Source of the DNA: an uncultured Woeseia sp. | Lineage (GTDB): Bacteria; Pseudomonadota; Gammaproteobacteria; Steroidobacterales; Woeseiaceae | Length of the DNA stretch: 64,000 nucleotides | Reading direction: 5' to 3' | Assembly (NCBI GenBank): GCA_937925605.1 | Contig: CALALV010000001.1 | Span: 1,229 to 65,228, forward strand | In this document: positions 1-8,966 of the stretch, piece after piece | How the letters are laid out: every line of letters starts with the position of its first letter | Numbering within the stretch: the stretch's first letter is position 1 | Made by a program: the position numbers and the translations under genes | Notes under the pieces: model-generated | Database searches by the model: none | Told to the model about the DNA's origin: nothing | The model's input: only the letters and a program-made list of their open reading frames with translations

Positions 1-3000
1 TGTGGATCGCGCGACGCGACGGCTCGGACCCGCGGCGGCTGACGTCGCACCCGGCCGAGGAGCAGCGACCGGTGTTCTCGCCGGACGGCAGCGAGATCGC
101 GTTCGCCGCCGACTACGAGGGCCAGCTCGACGTGCACGTGATCGCGGTCGACGGCGGCCAGCCGCGCCGACTGACCTGGCACCCGGACGGCGACTGGCCG
201 ACCGGCTGGAACGCCGACGGCAGCCAGGTCACGTTCGTGTCCGACCGCGAGACCGACCACGGCCGCTCGGGCCAGCTGTACAGCGTCGCGACCGGTGGCG
301 GCCTGCCGACCCGGCTCATGGAGGCCAGGGTGTTTCGCGGCAGCTTCGACGCGGCGGGCCGGCGGCTCGCCTACATCCCGTACGGCTCGGGCTACAGCGG
401 GCTGTTCGGCGGCGCTGCCGGCTGGAAGGGCTACCGCGGCGGCGTGACCCCGGCGATCCACGTACTCGATTTCGCTGACGACACGCTGCAGGTCATCCCG
501 GGCGCCGGCGCGACGAACTTCAACCCGCTGTGGCTCGGCGACGCGCTGTATTTCATCTCCGACCGCGACGACAAGCAGTTCAACCTGTACCGCTACGACG
601 CGGCCGGCGACTCGGTCGTGCGGATCTCGGACGAGCGCGAATGGGACGTGCGCTCCGCGGCCGCGCACGGCGACACGATAGTCTACGAGGCCGGCGGCCG
701 CCTGTACCGCATCGACGCCTCCGGCGGCGCGGCGCGCGAGATCGTCATCCGCATCAACCCCGACCTGCCGCAGCTGCGCAGCGAGTGGAAAGACGTGAGC
801 CGCACGCTGCAGGGCGCCGGGATCTCGCCGACCGGCAAGCGCCTGCTCGTGACCGCCCGCGGCGAGGTGTTCACGCTGCCGACGGACGAGGGTTCGACGC
901 GCAACGTCAGCGACACGCCCGCCCGGCGCGAGTACGCCGGCCGCTGGTCGCCGGACGGCGAGCGCCTCGCCTGGATCGAGGACGGGCTCGACGGGCAGAC
1001 GCTGGTCGTCGCGGGGCAGGCCGGCGATGCAATCGCGCGCCACGCGCTCGGCCCGCATTTCTACGAGTTGCTCGCGTGGAGCAGCGGCGAGGCGCCGCGC
1101 ATCGTGTTCCAGGACAATCACCTGTCGCTGTACGCGATCGAGCCCGGGCGCGGCCGTATCACGACGATCGCGACCGCGAGCCGACGCGAGGATTTCGACG
1201 TCGCCGTTTCGCCCGACGGCGCGTGGCTGGCCTACACCGCAGAGCGGCCGAATTACCATCGCGATCTCGTGCTCTACGAGTTCGCGAGCGGCGCCCGCCA
1301 CGTCGTGACCGACGGCATGGCCGACGTCGCCGCCCCCGCGTTCAGCCGCGACGGGCGCTACCTGTTCTTCGCCGCGTCGACCAACTCGGGGCCGCTGCAG
1401 GTCGGGCTGAACATGACCAGCCAGGAGCGGCCGTACCGGGCCGGGCTGTACGCGGCGGTGCTGGCCGCCGACGGCGAGTCGCCGCTCGCGCCGCGCAGTG
1501 GCGACGAGGAGGCGGCCGATGAGACCGGCGACGACGGGCAGGAGGACGACGAGGACAAGCCCGCGACGCCCGCCACCCGGATCGACCCGGCGGGTCTCGG
1601 CGAACGCCTGGTCGCGCTGCAGGTCGCGGAACGCAATTACGCAAACCTCGCGGTAGCCGACGACGGACGCCTCTACTACCTGCAGCGGGTGCAGGCTGGG
1701 GCGACGAACGAACCGCCCGGTGCCGACGAGAACGAGCAGAACGCGCTGGTGCGCTACGACTTCGAGGAGCGCGAGGCGAGCACGCTGTTATCCGGCGTCA
1801 ACGGCTTCGAACTCGCAGCGGGGGGCAAGCACCTGCTGCTCGCGAAGTCGGACGGCTCGCTTGCGGTCGCGGAGATCGGCGACGAGCTGAAGCCCGAGGC
1901 GGTCAAGCTGGACGGGCTGCGGGCGAGGATCGATCCGCGGGTCGAGTGGGCGCTGATCTTCGACGAAGCCTGGCGCATGGAGAAGGAGTACTTCTACGAC
2001 CCGGACATGCACGGGCTCGACTGGCAGGCCGTGTACGAGCGCTACCGGCCGCTGGTCGCGCACGTCGGTCGCCGCGAAGACCTGAACGAGTTGCTGGTCG
2101 AGATGATCGCGGAGATGCAGGTCGGCCACAACAACGTCCGCGGCGGCGACGTCTGGCGCGGCAACGCGACGGGGACCGGCCTGCTCGGCGCCAACGTCGA
2201 GATCGCCGACGGGCGCTACCGCCTCGCCCGCATCTACGGCGGCGAGCGCTGGAACCCGTTCCTGCGCGCGCCGCTCGCGCAGCCCGGCAACGCCGCGCGC
2301 GCCGGCGAGTACCTGCTCGCCATCGACGGCGAGCCGCTCACGGCCGCGGACAACCTGTTCGCGCGACTGCAGGGCACGGCCGGCCGGCAGGTCAGGCTGA
2401 CCGTCGGACCGCGCGCCGACGGCCGCGACGCGCGTGACATCGTCGTCGAGCCGGTCGAGTCCGAGCGCCTGCTCAGGCTGTGGGGCTGGATCGAGGCGAA
2501 CCGCCGCGCGGTAGACGAGGCGACCGGCGGGCGGGTCGGCTACGTCTACCTGCCGAATACCGCCGGCGCCGGCTACACGTATTTCAACCGGCTGTTCTTC
2601 CCGCAGGTGGATCGCGAGGCGCTGATCATCGACGAGCGCTCGAACGGCGGTGGCCAGGCGGCGAACTACATAACCGACGTCCTGAGCCGGCAGCACCTGT
2701 CGGGCTGGAAGGATCGTGACGGCCTCGTGTTCAACACGCCGGCCGGCGCCCTGCACGGGCCGAAGGTCATGCTGATCGACCAGGACGCGGGCTCCGGCGG
2801 CGACTACCTGCCGTACGCGTTTCGCGAGCTCGGCATCGGCACGCTGGTCGGCACGCGCACCTGGGGCGGACTGATCGGCATCTACGCGAACCCGCAGCTC
2901 GTCGACGGCGGCACTTTAACCGTGCCGTTCTTCCGCTTCTACGACACGGACCACCGCTGGACGATCGAGAACGAGGGCGTCGCGCCGGACATCGAGGTCA

Positions 3001-3140
3001 CGCTCGACCCGCTCGCGACCAACGCGGGACGCGACACGCAGCTCGAGCGCGCGATAGAGATCGCGCTCGGGCAGCTCGAGGATTTCGTCGACCCGGTGCC
3101 CGACGCGGCACCGCCGTACCCGACCGAACTCGGCGAATAG
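1..3140 (+). CDS. Tricorn protease homolog (TolB-like beta-propellers + PDZ + S41 peptidase); 5' end lies outside the window
   Basis: The frame is open from the window edge: WIARRDGSDPRRLTSHPAEEQRPVFSPDG precedes the listed GTG at 72. Repeated SPDG...LA(F/Y/W) propeller blades and a C-terminal S41-type core (DERSNGGG, GTLVGTRTWGG) are present. Stop codon at 3138-3140. Confidence 0.85.
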   Translation, partial: WIARRDGSDPRRLTSHPAEEQRPVFSPDGSEIAFAADYEGQLDVHVIAVDGGQPRRLTWHPDGDWPTGWNADGSQVTFVSDRETDHGRSGQLYSVATGGGLPTRLMEARVFRGSFDAAGRRLAYIPYGSGYSGLFGGAAGWKGYRGGVTPAIHVLDFADDTLQVIPGAGATNFNPLWLGDALYFISDRDDKQFNLYRYDAAGDSVVRISDEREWDVRSAAAHGDTIVYEAGGRLYRIDASGGAAREIVIRINPDLPQLRSEWKDVSRTLQGAGISPTGKRLLVTARGEVFTLPTDEGSTRNVSDTPARREYAGRWSPDGERLAWIEDGLDGQTLVVAGQAGDAIARHALGPHFYELLAWSSGEAPRIVFQDNHLSLYAIEPGRGRITTIATASRREDFDVAVSPDGAWLAYTAERPNYHRDLVLYEFASGARHVVTDGMADVAAPAFSRDGRYLFFAASTNSGPLQVGLNMTSQERPYRAGLYAAVLAADGESPLAPRSGDEEAADETGDDGQEDDEDKPATPATRIDPAGLGERLVALQVAERNYANLAVADDGRLYYLQRVQAGATNEPPGADENEQNALVRYDFEEREASTLLSGVNGFELAAGGKHLLLAKSDGSLAVAEIGDELKPEAVKLDGLRARIDPRVEWALIFDEAWRMEKEYFYDPDMHGLDWQAVYERYRPLVAHVGRREDLNELLVEMIAEMQVGHNNVRGGDVWRGNATGTGLLGANVEIADGRYRLARIYGGERWNPFLRAPLAQPGNAARAGEYLLAIDGEPLTAADNLFARLQGTAGRQVRLTVGPRADGRDARDIVVEPVESERLLRLWGWIEANRRAVDEATGGRVGYVYLPNTAGAGYTYFNRLFFPQVDREALIIDERSNGGGQAANYITDVLSRQHLSGWKDRDGLVFNTPAGALHGPKVMLIDQDAGSGGDYLPYAFRELGIGTLVGTRTWGGLIGIYANPQLVDGGTLTVPFFRFYDTDHRWTIENEGVAPDIEVTLDPLATNAGRDTQLERAIEIALGQLEDFVDPVPDAAPPYPTELGE

Positions 3141-3153
3141 CGCAGGGCGCGAC

Positions 3154-3372
3154 TCAGCCGGTATAGCGGTAGTACTCGATGCCGTAGTCCTGGAAGTGGC
3201 GGTCCTCGGTGCGGCCGACGCGGTCGATGATGAACTCGTCGCGTACGCCGGCATCGAGGCCGGCGACGAAGCGCCCGTCGTGCAGGGCTTCGTACTGCGC
3301 GCGGCTCAGGTCGCGGGCGTTCGCCGCCTGGGACGAGAGCACCGACCTGCGCTGGACCGCCTGGCACGGCAT
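3154..3372 (-). pseudogene. Orphan coding remnant or small ORF of unknown family
   Basis: A 72-codon frame with very high third-position GC, ending ...DEFIIDRVGRTEDRHFQDYGIEYYRYTG. No convincing N-terminus or RBS. It meets the + strand fragment 5'-to-5' at about 3341-3372. Family not recognised. Confidence 0.3.
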
Positions 3373-3556
3373 CCAGATGCTGCGCTCCGCGAACCAGGAT
3401 TACCTGGTGCCGCTGCAGCCGGTCTACCCGGACGAGCGCCTCGGCGAGCTCGGCGACGCGCCCAAGGCGTATTGCCTGACCTGTCACCAGGGCCAGCGCA
3501 AGCCGCTCGGCGGCGCGGACGCCGTCAGCGCCTACCCGTCGCTCCGGCCCGAGTAG
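3341..3556 (+). pseudogene. C-terminal fragment of a PufC-type (reaction-centre tetrahaem) cytochrome c
   Basis: TDLRWTAWHGIQMLRSANQDYLVPLQPVYPDERLGELGDAPKAYCLTCHQGQRKPLGGADAVSAYPSLRPE resembles, from memory, the last haem segment and tail of PufC (...CxTCHQGxxKPLxGA...YPxL). Only one CXXCH is present (3473-3487). There is no signal peptide, and the upstream part of the listed ORF (3209-3340) is antisense junk. Confidence 0.45.
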
Positions 3557-3565
3557 GCCGGCCGC

Positions 3566-4774
3566 GTGACCGGGAACCCGCCCGGCGTCGGTCCGTCCGC
3601 GCCGGCGCTGGCCGAGCCGGCGCTGCGCAGCCTGTGTACCGATTGCGGCCTGTCCCGCACGTCCGAGCCCTCACGCTGCGGCAGCGCCTGCCAGTTCGTC
3701 CGCCCCGACTACCCGGCTCTCGAACAGCGCGTGCACGGCCGCGCCCGTGACCCGGCACGTCCGGACGAACTGCAGTTCGGGCCTTTCCGGCGCATGCTGC
3801 GCGCGCGCCTCGAGCGGCCGCGCGCCGGCGCCCAGTGGACCGGTATCACGACCCGGATCGCCGAGCGGCTGCTCGAAACCGGTGCGGTCGACGCGGTGCT
3901 GACGGTCGCGGCGGCCGCGGACGACCGCTGGAAACCGGTGCCGGTACTGGTGACGCGCGCGGCCGACATGGCGGCCTGCCTCGGCATGCGTATGGGCTAC
4001 GCACCGCTGCTGGCGCTGCTCGAGCCGGCTCGCGCGGCCGGCTACCGGCGAATTGCCGTCATCGGCATTCCCTGCCAGGTCTACGCGCTGCGTTCGATCG
4101 AGGCCGAACTCGGATTCGATGCGCTGTACGTGATCGGCACGCCGTGCTCCGACAACACGACGACCGAGCGCTTCCATCGCTTTCTCGAACTGCTGTCGGA
4201 TACACCGGACGAGATCGAGTTTCTCGAGTTCCGCGCCGACTACCACGTGGAACTGCGTTTCCGCGGCGGCGGCCGACGGGAAATCCCGTTCCTCGAACTG
4301 CCGATTGCGAAGCTGCCCGGCGATTTTTTCCCGCTAACCTGCAGGAGCTGCGTCGACTACACCAACGTTCTCGCCGACCTGACGGTCGGCTACATGGGCG
4401 GCGAGGGCGAGCAGTGGCTGCTCGTTCGCAACGAGCGCGGCGAGGCCCTGCTCGCGGCACTCGGCGACGAACTCGACAGCGAGCGCCCGGGCTCGGCCGG
4501 CCGGCGCCGGGGCGCCGTCCGCGGCTTCCTGACGAACGTCGAGCGTGCCGCCGGCGCCCTGCCGCTGCGGCGCAGGCCGCGCTGGCTGCGGCCGATCGTG
4601 GGCCGCCTGATGCCGCGGATCGGGCCGCGCGGTCTGGAGTTCGCCCGCGCCCGGGTCGAAATGAAGGCGATCGAGAGTGTCGTGCATCTCGAACGCGAGC
4701 AACCGCGCCGCGCGAAGCACATGATCCCGGCGCACGTGCGCGCGCTGGTGGAGCCGTACCGGCCGCGCCGCTGA
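3566..4774 (+). CDS. Coenzyme F420 hydrogenase/dehydrogenase beta-subunit family protein (FrhB-like; HCAR/BciB-like flavo-FeS reductase)
   Basis: N-terminal Cys cluster CTDCGLSRTS...CGSACQF. Central IAVIGIPCQVYALR...YVIGTPCSDN. C-terminal GPRGLEFARARVEMKAIESV resembles the 7-hydroxymethyl-chlorophyll reductase / divinyl reductase BciB clade. GTG start, so the exact start is uncertain. Confidence 0.7.
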   Translation: MTGNPPGVGPSAPALAEPALRSLCTDCGLSRTSEPSRCGSACQFVRPDYPALEQRVHGRARDPARPDELQFGPFRRMLRARLERPRAGAQWTGITTRIAERLLETGAVDAVLTVAAAADDRWKPVPVLVTRAADMAACLGMRMGYAPLLALLEPARAAGYRRIAVIGIPCQVYALRSIEAELGFDALYVIGTPCSDNTTTERFHRFLELLSDTPDEIEFLEFRADYHVELRFRGGGRREIPFLELPIAKLPGDFFPLTCRSCVDYTNVLADLTVGYMGGEGEQWLLVRNERGEALLAALGDELDSERPGSAGRRRGAVRGFLTNVERAAGALPLRRRPRWLRPIVGRLMPRIGPRGLEFARARVEMKAIESVVHLEREQPRRAKHMIPAHVRALVEPYRPRR

Positions 4775-4796
4775 CGCGGCCGCCCGACCCCCACGC

Positions 4797-4828
4797 AAAA
4801 AAAAAGGCCGGGGCAGGGACCCCGGCCT
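4797..4828 (-). terminator. Rho-independent terminator of the M4 protease gene (hairpin could also act on the convergent + gene)
   Basis: The minus strand reads GGCCGGGG-TCCCTG-CCCCGGCC followed by T9 (the A9 run at 4797-4805 on the + strand). It lies 73 nt after the protease stop. Confidence 0.7.
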
Positions 4829-4900
4829 GACTCAGCGATGGAGATACGTGCGGGACAGGTCTGCTGAGTCAAATCACGTCGTGCCCGCGTACCGGCCCCG

Positions 4901-7900
4901 TCAGGGTAGGGCCGGTTCGATCGACACGCCGTTGCTGTCGATGGCGTCGACCCGGGCGTCGTACCAGGTCAGCTGGTCGAGCAGGACGACCTGGAACACC
5001 GCCTGGCCGGTGATGTCGGTGAGCGCCTGCAGAACCTGGGTGCTGCCGTCCGCCGATTGCTGCGTGAGCGTGACCGTGCCGTTCGAGATCGGCTGCAGGT
5101 CACCGTCGTACGCCGTCACTTCGAGCTGTTGCAGGCTGCCCGGCAGTCCGGAAGACAGCAGCGCCGGCGACAGGAATACCGTCGATGCGCTGCCGTCGCC
5201 GGCCGCCGGCGTCTGCGCGGCCGCCTCCTCGTCGTTCGCCGGCTGGCGCTTGATGCGGATATTGCCCTTGTCGAGCACATCGTCATCGACGCGGCCCGCG
5301 GTGCTGTAGTCGCAGCCGTCGATGCACTCGAGGTAGAAGCGATCCGACTCGCCGCCGTTCACGGTCTTGTTGCCGTTGGCATCGAACTCGTCGGCGTCCA
5401 GTGCGCAGGCCCGGAAAGTGGCGTCGCGCATGCCGCCGTCCGCCTTGCGGTCGAACGTGCCGCTGCCGGAGAACTCGAAGGCATTGACGCTGTCCGTGAT
5501 CGAGCCGCAGCTGCCCTGTACCGGCCCGAGATAGCTGATGTCGGTCATGTGGATACGGACGTCGGCAACCCGGTCCTTCAGGTTCAGCTGGCCGCTGATT
5601 TCCGTGTCCGACTGGCGTTTCGGGTTGAAGTGGAAGTCCACCTGGTCCTTGTCGGACTCGCTGCCGGCGGAGTTTGCGAACAGCTTGCCGCTGCCGCGCG
5701 CTTCGTCGGCGCCGTCGCCCGGCTCCGGATCGTCGATCGGCGTGCAGAATTCCAGCGACCAGGAGTCGATCTGGCCCTCGTCCTGCGGGAAGGAGTCCGT
5801 GACGGTCAGGGTCCACTCACCGTTCGCTGCCTCGCCTGCGAATCCGGCGAGCGCCTGGTGCGGGCGGAAGGCGCCGCCCGACAGCCAGTCGCCGCAGCCG
5901 ATCACGGAGCCCGCGTCGTCGTCGAACTCGACGTCGATGCCGTCTTCCGAGCTGCAGTTGGAGCCGTCGAACAGCGTGATCGTCGTGCCGGCCGGGCTGG
6001 TCAGCTCGAAGGTCAGGTCGCCCATGTAGGTGTGCGCGCCGGTCAGGTCGCGGACGCTGACGTCGCTGATCGCCTCGCTTTCGCCGTCGACCGTGGCCGT
6101 CGTGGTCGAGCCGACCAGGCTGACGATCGGCGAACCGACCACCGGCAGGAATCCTTCCGCCGGGTAGACGCGGCAGGACTCGGTCGGCGGCTCCAGCGCC
6201 TCGCCGCAGGTGAACAGTTCGATGTCGTCGACGTACCAGCCATCGTTGCCGTTGCAGCCGTCCTGGCCGAAGTCGAAGCGCAGCACGATCGTGTCGCCCG
6301 GTGCAACGCCCGCTGCTGCCAGGTCGATCTGAGATTCGCCCCAGTCGCCGAACACCGAGTTGTCGTTGCTGCCGGTCCAGGCCGGCTCGCCCGCCTTCGG
6401 GTTCGTGTTCTGGTCGGCCGCGCTCGTCAGGCTGGCGTTGTACGGGTTGTGCACGAAGGCATCCGACGGGATCAGTTCGAACGGCCCGCCGTTGATGCTG
6501 AGCATCACGTTGCCGCCGTCGTAGCCGGTCTCGGTGTTGACGTAGTGCTCGAACACGAGGTGGCTCGGGTCGCTCGCGTCGACCGTGATTGCCGGCGAAT
6601 CGAGGAACAGCGTGCCGGACTCGTCGTCGGTCGTGCAGTTGCCGAGATCGCGCCGGTTCTCCTGGAAGATGGCCGAGCCGCCGTGGGCCGAGCCGTCGGG
6701 GTTGGCCGGCAGGTCGCCCGAGCGCACGAACCACTCGCGCGTGTCCAGCATGGCCTTGCTGACGCCCGCCTGGCCCGTGCTCCAGCCGGCCGGCAGGCCG
6801 CCTTCCCAGTCTTCCGAGAAGAAGGTCCGGACCTCGGCATTGTCGCAGCGCGGGGCCGGCGCCGGGTCGAGCAGATTGGAGAAGCCGCACTGCTTCGTGA
6901 CGTCGAAACGCATTTCGACGGCGGCGATGGCGTTCGCGACCTGGGCGCAGTCGTCGGCGGTGATGACTTCGCCCGACAGTTCCGGGGTCGGGTCGATCGT
7001 GTCGTCGTTGATGCCGAGCAGCCCGGTGCCGTCTTCGGCCGTCGTCACCAGCTTGGTCAGGTTGACGCCGATCAGGTCCTCGCAGGCCATTTCCAGCGAG
7101 TCCGCGTTCTGCGGCATAGTCGTCGACGGCACGTTGTAGACCGAGTTGGCGCGCCAGAATATGTGCGCCGCCTTGGTCAGGCCGATGCCGTCGACCGTGA
7201 TCGGCTCGTCGAACGGCTCGCCCCCGTCGCGGAGTTCGATCGTGTTGCCGTCGACCAGCGTCGCGTAGGCGCGGTTGTTGATGGCGGAGTTGTAATGCAC
7301 GCCGCCGGCGTCACCCGAGCCGCAGTAGTAGTTGTCGGAGCTCATGTGCCCCGGGTCGCCGCGCAGCAGCACGCCGCCCGAGCACTGCGGGTTCCACATG
7401 TCGCGGATCGCCGCGTCGCCGACGGGCGGCAGGGGGCTGAACGCAAAGGCGTCCTCGCCGATCAGCCAGCGCAGCGAGGTATCGCCGGTCGGGGCCTCGC
7501 TGGTGAACTCGGAGCAGACGGATTCGTCCTGCGAACGCGGACCGTTGTCGCCGGTCGCGGCCGTGCCCTCGACGCCTTCGCGGTTGTTGATGAGGTCCAC
7601 GGTCTCGCCGAAGATGTCCGAGTAGGACTCGTTCAGCGCGCCCGACTGCCACTGGTAGATGAGCCCGCTGGTTTCCTGGGTGTAGGCATGGGACCACTCG
7701 TGCACGACGACGTCGTCGGCCGAGGTGCCGGTGCAGTAGTTGGTCGAGGTGCCGTTCCAGTTCGCGTTGGGGCAGAGGATCGTCGGGTCGTTGTTGACTG
7801 TGATCATCTCCGCGTCGTTGCCGTCCCAGGAGCGGTAGGTGCCGCCGCTCAGGTTGAAGTACAGGTTGTAGGACTGGCCGGCGCCCGACACTTCGTCCTC

Positions 7901-8851
7901 GTGCGCGGGGTCGGCGGCGGGACGCAGGTCGCCCTCGCGCCAGGCCGGCGGCGGCAGTTCGGGGTTGTCGGGATCGTAGCTGCCCTCGTAGACCCGCCGG
8001 GACTTGGCGCCGTGCAGGCCGGTGATGCGGTCGACGACCTTGCCGTTCAGGGCATCGACGTAGACGAACTCGCGTACGGCCGACTGGTGCGTGACCTCGA
8101 TTTCGTAGGCGAGGTGCGCGGGGCCAGGCGTGCCGCGGGTCAGGTACTTGCGATAGACGATCAGCGCGGTCGATGCCACCTCGGGCTGCGCGCCCTTCAG
8201 CGCCGAACGCAGTTCAGCGCTGACCGCGGCCACGGCGGTCTGCGCGGCGCTGGCCTCGGCCAGGGTCGGCTGCGTCGGCAGCGGCAGCTCCGGCACGAAG
8301 TTGCCATTGATCGCGGTCAGGCGGCCGTCGCTGCTGACGTGGCCGTGCAGCACGGCGCCGAACACCGGCACGTCGCCGTGCATCTGCTGCCAGCTCACGC
8401 GCGTGTGCCCGTACTGGTCGATGTTGAGCCCGATCATGCGCAGCTGGGCGCCGACATCGTCGATGCCGAAGATCGCGCCGTGGCGCTCGAGGAAGGCCGT
8501 GGCCTTGTCAGCCGCGGCCAGCTGCCGGGCCTGCGGGAACAGGTCGCCGCCGCGCTCGACGCGGACCAGGCTGGCGCCGCCGGTCGCTGCCTCGCTGCGG
8601 ATGCTGACCGCGCCGGAGGCCTCCGCCTGCAGCGACGCGGGCGCCTGTGCCTGCGCCGTCGGTGCGGCCGCCGCCAGCGCGGCTGGCGCCGGCTCGTCGC
8701 CGAATGCGAATGTCCCGGGTTCAATGGCCGCGGCCGCCGGCGGGTTGCCGGGTGCGGACGAAGGCTGCGCCATGAACGCCGTCGCGAACGAGACGGTCAT
8801 GGCGGCGGATGCTGCAGCGAGCAGCAGCTTGCGCTTGGCTGAGGATTTCAT
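4901..8851 (-). CDS. Secreted multidomain M4 (thermolysin-family) zinc metalloprotease with a proprotein-convertase P-domain and extra beta-sandwich domains
   Basis: Signal peptide MKSSAKRKLLLAAASAAMTVSFATAFMA; FTP/PepSY-like propeptide; HEWSHAYTQ (HExxH) plus GALNESYSDIFGE (third Zn ligand); GGVHYNSAINNRAY. P-domain-like GAHTYMGDLTFELTSPAGTTITLF. Ig-like C-terminus. Confidence 0.85.
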   Translation of the reverse strand: MKSSAKRKLLLAAASAAMTVSFATAFMAQPSSAPGNPPAAAAIEPGTFAFGDEPAPAALAAAAPTAQAQAPASLQAEASGAVSIRSEAATGGASLVRVERGGDLFPQARQLAAADKATAFLERHGAIFGIDDVGAQLRMIGLNIDQYGHTRVSWQQMHGDVPVFGAVLHGHVSSDGRLTAINGNFVPELPLPTQPTLAEASAAQTAVAAVSAELRSALKGAQPEVASTALIVYRKYLTRGTPGPAHLAYEIEVTHQSAVREFVYVDALNGKVVDRITGLHGAKSRRVYEGSYDPDNPELPPPAWREGDLRPAADPAHEDEVSGAGQSYNLYFNLSGGTYRSWDGNDAEMITVNNDPTILCPNANWNGTSTNYCTGTSADDVVVHEWSHAYTQETSGLIYQWQSGALNESYSDIFGETVDLINNREGVEGTAATGDNGPRSQDESVCSEFTSEAPTGDTSLRWLIGEDAFAFSPLPPVGDAAIRDMWNPQCSGGVLLRGDPGHMSSDNYYCGSGDAGGVHYNSAINNRAYATLVDGNTIELRDGGEPFDEPITVDGIGLTKAAHIFWRANSVYNVPSTTMPQNADSLEMACEDLIGVNLTKLVTTAEDGTGLLGINDDTIDPTPELSGEVITADDCAQVANAIAAVEMRFDVTKQCGFSNLLDPAPAPRCDNAEVRTFFSEDWEGGLPAGWSTGQAGVSKAMLDTREWFVRSGDLPANPDGSAHGGSAIFQENRRDLGNCTTDDESGTLFLDSPAITVDASDPSHLVFEHYVNTETGYDGGNVMLSINGGPFELIPSDAFVHNPYNASLTSAADQNTNPKAGEPAWTGSNDNSVFGDWGESQIDLAAAGVAPGDTIVLRFDFGQDGCNGNDGWYVDDIELFTCGEALEPPTESCRVYPAEGFLPVVGSPIVSLVGSTTTATVDGESEAISDVSVRDLTGAHTYMGDLTFELTSPAGTTITLFDGSNCSSEDGIDVEFDDDAGSVIGCGDWLSGGAFRPHQALAGFAGEAANGEWTLTVTDSFPQDEGQIDSWSLEFCTPIDDPEPGDGADEARGSGKLFANSAGSESDKDQVDFHFNPKRQSDTEISGQLNLKDRVADVRIHMTDISYLGPVQGSCGSITDSVNAFEFSGSGTFDRKADGGMRDATFRACALDADEFDANGNKTVNGGESDRFYLECIDGCDYSTAGRVDDDVLDKGNIRIKRQPANDEEAAAQTPAAGDGSASTVFLSPALLSSGLPGSLQQLEVTAYDGDLQPISNGTVTLTQQSADGSTQVLQALTDITGQAVFQVVLLDQLTWYDARVDAIDSNGVSIEPALP

Positions 8852-8966
8852 GGCGAGTTCCGGTCCCCGAAATAGACTTGGGTCCGGATTCTGCGCCCGC
8901 CGCCGCAGCGGCGATATCGGGTGATCTCCCCAGGCCGGCTAGGGTATTCCCCCCAGCGGCCGCCCG

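Noticed and set aside
2-478. 158-aa ORF at the window start, and other short Arg-rich ORFs throughout
   Set aside because: These are alternative frames of well-supported genes, with Arg/Pro/Ala low-complexity products.
3209-3340. N-terminal 44 codons of the listed 115-aa + ORF
   Set aside because: The sequence is antisense to the high-GC3 - strand remnant and has no signal peptide. Only the portion from about 3341 looks like a real (former) coding sequence.
5057-8842. 1261-aa ORF on the + strand
   Set aside because: It is antisense to the M4 protease gene. The product is Arg/Ala/Gly-rich with no recognisable motifs. Long stop-free reverse frames are expected at this GC content.
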